NCBI GenBank assembly: GCA_965218585.1
Contig: CBDCLE010000002.1
Location: 160,001-224,000 of the forward strand
Direction of reading: 5' to 3'
Length of the DNA: 64,000 nucleotides
DNA from: Terriglobia bacterium
GTDB taxonomy: Bacteria > Acidobacteriota > Terriglobia > 20CM-2-55-15
Translations under genes and position numbers: made by a program
In this document: positions 59,629-64,000 of the stretch, in pieces
Layout of the letters: each line of letters begins with the position of its first letter
How positions within the stretch are numbered: the stretch's first letter is position 1
Notes under the pieces: model-generated
The model's input: the letters and a program-made list of their open reading frames with translations, nothing else
Told to the model about the DNA's origin: nothing
Database searches by the model: none

Positions 59629-62463
59629 ATGAATCCCAAAAACAATTTGTCCTGCCTGGCGCTGGTATTGTCGACTCTTCTGCTCCCATCACTGGTACTG
59701 GCACAGACCAGGGTGGGGGACTTACCGATTGATGAAGTGGCCACCCGCAGCATCCGCGAAGCAACCACTTCCGAGGACTTCCTCAGCCCCTGGGTGGAGG
59801 TGTTGCCGGAACACGCTACCGTGCCCAGCCCCCGTGATGTGCTGGGATATACGGTGGGTACTCCCGGTGAGCTAACCCAGGTGGAAGACATCTATCGCTA
59901 CTTCGAAGCCCTGGCGGCGGCCTCTGACCGGGTGGAAATCTTTCAGCTTGGCCAATCCTTCGAGCGACGGGACATGCTGGTGGTGGCCATCGCCGAGCCC
60001 GAGCATCTGGCCAACGTGGAGACCTACAAGAACTACCTGCGGCAACTGGCGGACCCAAGGCAGACTGATCGCGCCACAGCCGAGACGATCATCGCCGAGG
60101 CCATGCCCATCTACTGGATGACCGCCGGGCTACACTCCCCGGAACTGGGCCCGCCGGAGATGGTCATGGAGTTAGCCTACCGCCTAGCTGTGGAAAACCG
60201 GGAGCCCTTTGTCGATATTCGCGACAAGGTCATCACCCTGATCACTCCAGTGTTCGACGTGGACGGACGCGCTCGCCAGGTGGACTGGTACAAACGCAAC
60301 ACCAAGGGCCATACCGATTACTTCGATATGCCGCCGCGCAGCGTGCCCTTCTGGGGGCATTACACTTATCACGACAACAACCGCGACGGCATTTCCATTA
60401 CCCAGCCCATTACCAAGAACTTCGTGCGCGGCGTGTACGAATGGATACCCACTGTGTCCCTGGACCTGCACGAGTCCGTGCCCCTTTTATATGTGTCAGG
60501 TGGCACCGGCCCCTACAACGAAGGCATCAGTCCTATCACTATCGGTGAATGGCAACTGCTGGCCAGCTACGAGGTCTCTCGCCTTACCGGCCTGGGCCTG
60601 GAAGGCGTGTGGACCTGGGGGTTTTATACCGGCTGGTATCCCGGTTACATGCTGTGGACTACCAATAACCACAACGGCATGGGCCGCTTCTACGAGACCT
60701 TCGGCAACAACAGCGCCGACACCATGGAGCGGGACCTGGCCAACTCCAACTACGCCGGCGAACTTATCACCGAACGGACCTGGTACCGGGCGGCGCCCCC
60801 GCCGCGCAAACTCACCTGGTCCATGCGCAACAACACCAACTACATGCAATCGGGGGTGATCGCCTCTCTGGAGATGGTGGCTCAAAACGGCTCCTTGTTT
60901 CTGCACAACTTCTACCAAAAAGGAGTGGACGCCCTGGAGCAGGGTACCAAAGAGCCGCCCTACGCCTTTGTCATTCCTCAGGAACAGACCGACCCCGATT
61001 CGACCAACTTCATGGTAGGTGCCTTGAGCCGTCATGCCATTGAATTGCAGCGCTCCACCGAGGCCCGCTCCTACGGCGATATTGACGTAGCCGCGGGCGA
61101 TCTGCTGGTGAAACTCAATCAGCCTTACGGACCGTTGGCCAGGACCCTGCTGGAAACGCAGGAGTTCCCTGCCGATGTCCAGGTGCCACCTTATGACGAC
61201 GTCTCCTGGACATTCGGCTTGGTCTATGGCGTCGACGTCGAGGCGATTGACACTGAAAACGTGTTGCAGCACGACAGCACGCCTTTTGGCGCCGGTGACG
61301 CTTTTGACGACGAGCTTCGTTTTCTCCCCAGCACTCAGTTACCAGACTCGGGCGGCTACTGGATCGTCCCCCACCGCGGTCAGCGGGAATTGGGGCCCGC
61401 GCGCTTCGCTATGGGCGATAACGAAGTGCATGTGGCCGAAGCGCCTTTTACGGTAGGCGGCCAAGAGTATCCGGCCGGCTCACTCATAATTGACATTGAC
61501 GAGGTGGACCGAGACGAAATCGCCGCGGCGTTAGAGGGCACCCGCCTGGTAGTCATCGGCGCCGATAACCGGCCCGAGGTAACCACCCATGAACTGGATC
61601 TGCCGCGCCTGGGCGTCTACCAGTCCTGGACCTCCACCCAGAACCCTGGCTGGGTGCGTTACAGCCTGGATGAGGCAAATATACCCTACACGCTGTTCTC
61701 CAAGGATCGGGCCCGGCGCGGCAGCTTACTGCGGGAATTCGACGTGATCCTGGTACCGCACATGAGCGGCGGCACCAGCCTGGCCACCATCGTCGGCGGC
61801 ATCGACCCCAAGTGGTCGCCCCTACCTTACAGCAACACCTCCGAGTCACCGAACCACGGCCATATCCTCAGTTCCGAGGACATAACCGGTGGCCTCGGCT
61901 TCGAAGGCATGGCGGCCTTCGAGGAATTTGTCCGGGACGGCGGCACCCTCATCACCTTGGGCTCCGCCGGGGTCATGGCCACCGACTCCGGCATCCTCCG
62001 TGGGATCATCAAGCGGGACGCCGGCAGGATGAATACCCCCGGCTCCATCATGACCGCCAAGGTTACCGACCGCAGCTCACCTCTGGTCTACGGCTACGAC
62101 GAAATCACTCACGTCATGCGCGGCAACATGCCCGTATTCTCGGTGCCCGATTACGACCGCGAGTACGCGCCGCTACAGTTCGGCACCAAGCACTGGGATG
62201 AGGACGAGTCCGAAGATGCCGCCGAACTGCGCAACGAGGATGACGAAGACAGCCAATCGCCACCGACGCCACCGCTGGTCTTATCTGGCGGCATCGTCCT
62301 CGGCGCCGACGTCATCGATGGTGAACCGGCGATTGTGAGCAAGCCGCTGGATGATGGGCATGTCGTGCTATTCAGTTGGAACCCATTGCATCGGCATGTG
62401 AATCTACACGATCATGGGTTTGTGTATAACGCGATTCTGAATTGGAATGATTTGAGGGATTAG
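59629..62463 (+). CDS. Exported M14-like zinc carboxypeptidase with C-terminal glutamine-amidotransferase-like domain
   Basis: Signal peptide; HSPE (HxxE), DNNRD, DLHE; GWVRY.LD, FVRDGGTLI. Confidence 0.88.
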   Translation: MNPKNNLSCLALVLSTLLLPSLVLAQTRVGDLPIDEVATRSIREATTSEDFLSPWVEVLPEHATVPSPRDVLGYTVGTPGELTQVEDIYRYFEALAAASDRVEIFQLGQSFERRDMLVVAIAEPEHLANVETYKNYLRQLADPRQTDRATAETIIAEAMPIYWMTAGLHSPELGPPEMVMELAYRLAVENREPFVDIRDKVITLITPVFDVDGRARQVDWYKRNTKGHTDYFDMPPRSVPFWGHYTYHDNNRDGISITQPITKNFVRGVYEWIPTVSLDLHESVPLLYVSGGTGPYNEGISPITIGEWQLLASYEVSRLTGLGLEGVWTWGFYTGWYPGYMLWTTNNHNGMGRFYETFGNNSADTMERDLANSNYAGELITERTWYRAAPPPRKLTWSMRNNTNYMQSGVIASLEMVAQNGSLFLHNFYQKGVDALEQGTKEPPYAFVIPQEQTDPDSTNFMVGALSRHAIELQRSTEARSYGDIDVAAGDLLVKLNQPYGPLARTLLETQEFPADVQVPPYDDVSWTFGLVYGVDVEAIDTENVLQHDSTPFGAGDAFDDELRFLPSTQLPDSGGYWIVPHRGQRELGPARFAMGDNEVHVAEAPFTVGGQEYPAGSLIIDIDEVDRDEIAAALEGTRLVVIGADNRPEVTTHELDLPRLGVYQSWTSTQNPGWVRYSLDEANIPYTLFSKDRARRGSLLREFDVILVPHMSGGTSLATIVGGIDPKWSPLPYSNTSESPNHGHILSSEDITGGLGFEGMAAFEEFVRDGGTLITLGSAGVMATDSGILRGIIKRDAGRMNTPGSIMTAKVTDRSSPLVYGYDEITHVMRGNMPVFSVPDYDREYAPLQFGTKHWDEDESEDAAELRNEDDEDSQSPPTPPLVLSGGIVLGADVIDGEPAIVSKPLDDGHVVLFSWNPLHRHVNLHDHGFVYNAILNWNDLRD

Positions 62464-62512
62464 CGCGATTGTGCCATCTGGGCGCCGCATTTTGCTCTAC
62501 TGGTGAGTTCGA

Positions 62513-62610
62513 TTCTCAACGTCCGACAAGATGATTTCTCAGGACTTGACCTCGAAAATCAGGGCACTGGAACCGTTCCTTCAGTTCTTCAAAACCGCTT
62601 CAGACGACCT
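62513..62610 (-). pseudogene. Decayed 3' end of the same gene family plus conserved downstream sequence (copy 2)
   Basis: Minus strand gtcgtctgaagcggttttgaagaactgaaggaacggttccagtgccctga resembles a decayed VVLNWFEELKERVPVP*. Confidence 0.5.
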
Positions 62611-62630
62611 GGCTCCGGGATGGTGGCGCA

Positions 62631-64000
62631 TCACTGACTGGATGTCGCTGCGGTTTCCGAGGGTGTGCGCTTCATCAGGGACAGAGCAGCGCGGCCGATC
62701 AACGTTGCCAGTCTGCGTTTCGTACCCTTTACGGCACTGTCCGCTGAAAGTCCGTAGCGCTTGTAGCGTGTCAGCAGCCCTCGGCAAATCACGAAATGAG
62801 TCAGGAACTTCCTCCAGTCGGCAAAAAGCCCGAAGCGCTTCGATCGCTTGAGCACTGCCGACAGGCTGTAAAAGCTCCGCCAGGCGGCCTCCACTTTGCC
62901 CAGCAACTGCTCTGCGGTGAGATTGGGGTGGTGATAGAGGATGCGTGGGTGGTCGGGATCCAACCAGTAATCGTAATCTTGTTTGATGGGTTTGAGCGCC
63001 ATCTTGCCACGCCGCATCTGGTGGAAGTCAACTGTGCCCGGAAGCGGAGTCATCGGAATGAACTGCGCCAGTGTGATACCGGAGTCCCGCGCAAACTGAA
63101 TCGTGTAGTCGAGCGACGCTTCGGTGTCAGTCTCGATTCCAAAAATAAACGCGCCCATGATGTAGTCAAAACCATCGCGCCGAATCAGGTTGAGCTTGTC
63201 CATCAGGTCTTGCCCTGTGGAGTTGAACGTCTTGTTGGTCGCTTTGAGCCCCTCGGCCGTCACGGTTTCGATCCCGATCAATGCTCCCTTAACGTTACCT
63301 CGTCTCATGGCCGCCATGTATTCGGGGTCGTCGGCTACGTCCATCGTGATCTGCGTGAAGAAGTTCATGCCCTTGGGAATTTCCGTTGCAAGGCGGTCGA
63401 GCAAGTCGAAGCGCTGCTCGAGACCGGCCTCGAGGGTGCGTCGGTCCTCTGCAGTGCGGGCGTTGGCAATGTCCTCTCGACTGTAGGGATAGAAGTTGTC
63501 GTCGGCGAACATCACGAACCGGAAACCGGCGTGGTAAAGCTCTTGAACTTCCTGGATGATCCCGTCGTTCGTACGTAGGCGCGGCACCTGACCGTCCTGC
63601 ACCCATACAGAGCAGAACGAGCACTGCTTTGGACATCCCCTCACAGTCTGAATGGAGGCGACCAGGTATCGGTCGAGTGACATGAGATCCCATCGTGCCG
63701 GAGTGAACGAGTCCGGCGCCACTCGACCCCCGCGATACTGCTTTTCGAGTTTGCCCGTGGCGTAGTCGTTGAGCACCTGTGACCAGATTTCCTCGGCGTC
63801 GCCTGTCACAACCGCATTCCCGTGCAGCAAAGTCTCCTCGGGGAAAATCGACGAATGCGGGCCACCAAAGACGACCGTGGCTCCCCGCTCGCGAACCCTC
63901 TTTGCCAGCGCATAGCCATGGATGGCGTTAAAAGTGTGAATACTGATCCCGACCAGGTCTCCGGCCCGCACCTCCTCGATAGGGAACGGTTCGACCGCCT
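62631..64000 (-). CDS. Cobalamin-binding radical SAM protein (5' end outside the window)
   Basis: VVFGGPHSS, VVTGDAE, RGCPKQCSFC, FADDNF, IGIET, TPLPGT. Confidence 0.92.
   Translation of the reverse strand, partial: AVEPFPIEEVRAGDLVGISIHTFNAIHGYALAKRVRERGATVVFGGPHSSIFPEETLLHGNAVVTGDAEEIWSQVLNDYATGKLEKQYRGGRVAPDSFTPARWDLMSLDRYLVASIQTVRGCPKQCSFCSVWVQDGQVPRLRTNDGIIQEVQELYHAGFRFVMFADDNFYPYSREDIANARTAEDRRTLEAGLEQRFDLLDRLATEIPKGMNFFTQITMDVADDPEYMAAMRRGNVKGALIGIETVTAEGLKATNKTFNSTGQDLMDKLNLIRRDGFDYIMGAFIFGIETDTEASLDYTIQFARDSGITLAQFIPMTPLPGTVDFHQMRRGKMALKPIKQDYDYWLDPDHPRILYHHPNLTAEQLLGKVEAAWRSFYSLSAVLKRSKRFGLFADWRKFLTHFVICRGLLTRYKRYGLSADSAVKGTKRRLATLIGRAALSLMKRTPSETAATSSQ

Noticed and set aside
62500-62520. 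tRNA or tRNA-derived att site (GAGTTCGATTCTC resembles a T arm)
   Set aside because: No acceptor stem, D arm or anticodon arm can be formed around it.

Overview
64 kb of bacterial chromosome with moderately high GC. An Acidobacteriota-like origin is inferred from the Oar-type TonB-dependent receptor, the short PheT and the general gene content; the Na+-pumping oad operon is compatible with a marine or saline habitat. The window has three zones. (i) About 1-26 kb is an accessory zone of small single genes with three IS insertions (one IS3, two IS256, each with its own target duplication), four frameshifts, two internal deletions, REP-like palindromes and a hidden UGA-recoded deiodinase-like selenoprotein gene. 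(ii) About 26-58 kb is mostly intact housekeeping DNA: proC, a flap endonuclease, bfr, oadGAB, a TBDR, thrS, infC-rpmI-rplT-pheST-zapB-zapA-6S RNA-ymdB-ffh-rpsP-khpA-rimM-trmD-rplS and pyr genes, punctuated by five copies of a periodic hairpin repeat. (iii) About 58-64 kb holds a TA pair, an M14 peptidase bracketed by two decayed gene tails, and a B12-radical SAM gene. The best candidate for an undescribed system is a compact Crp/Fnr regulon at 35.5-38.1 kb. Four TGTAR-N6-NNACR boxes, two at class II (-41.5) positions, lie upstream of a Met-rich SoxA/TsdA-like cytochrome c, a CxxC glutaredoxin-like protein and a CusF-TlpA fusion. All family calls are from motif recognition by eye; no database searches were run.
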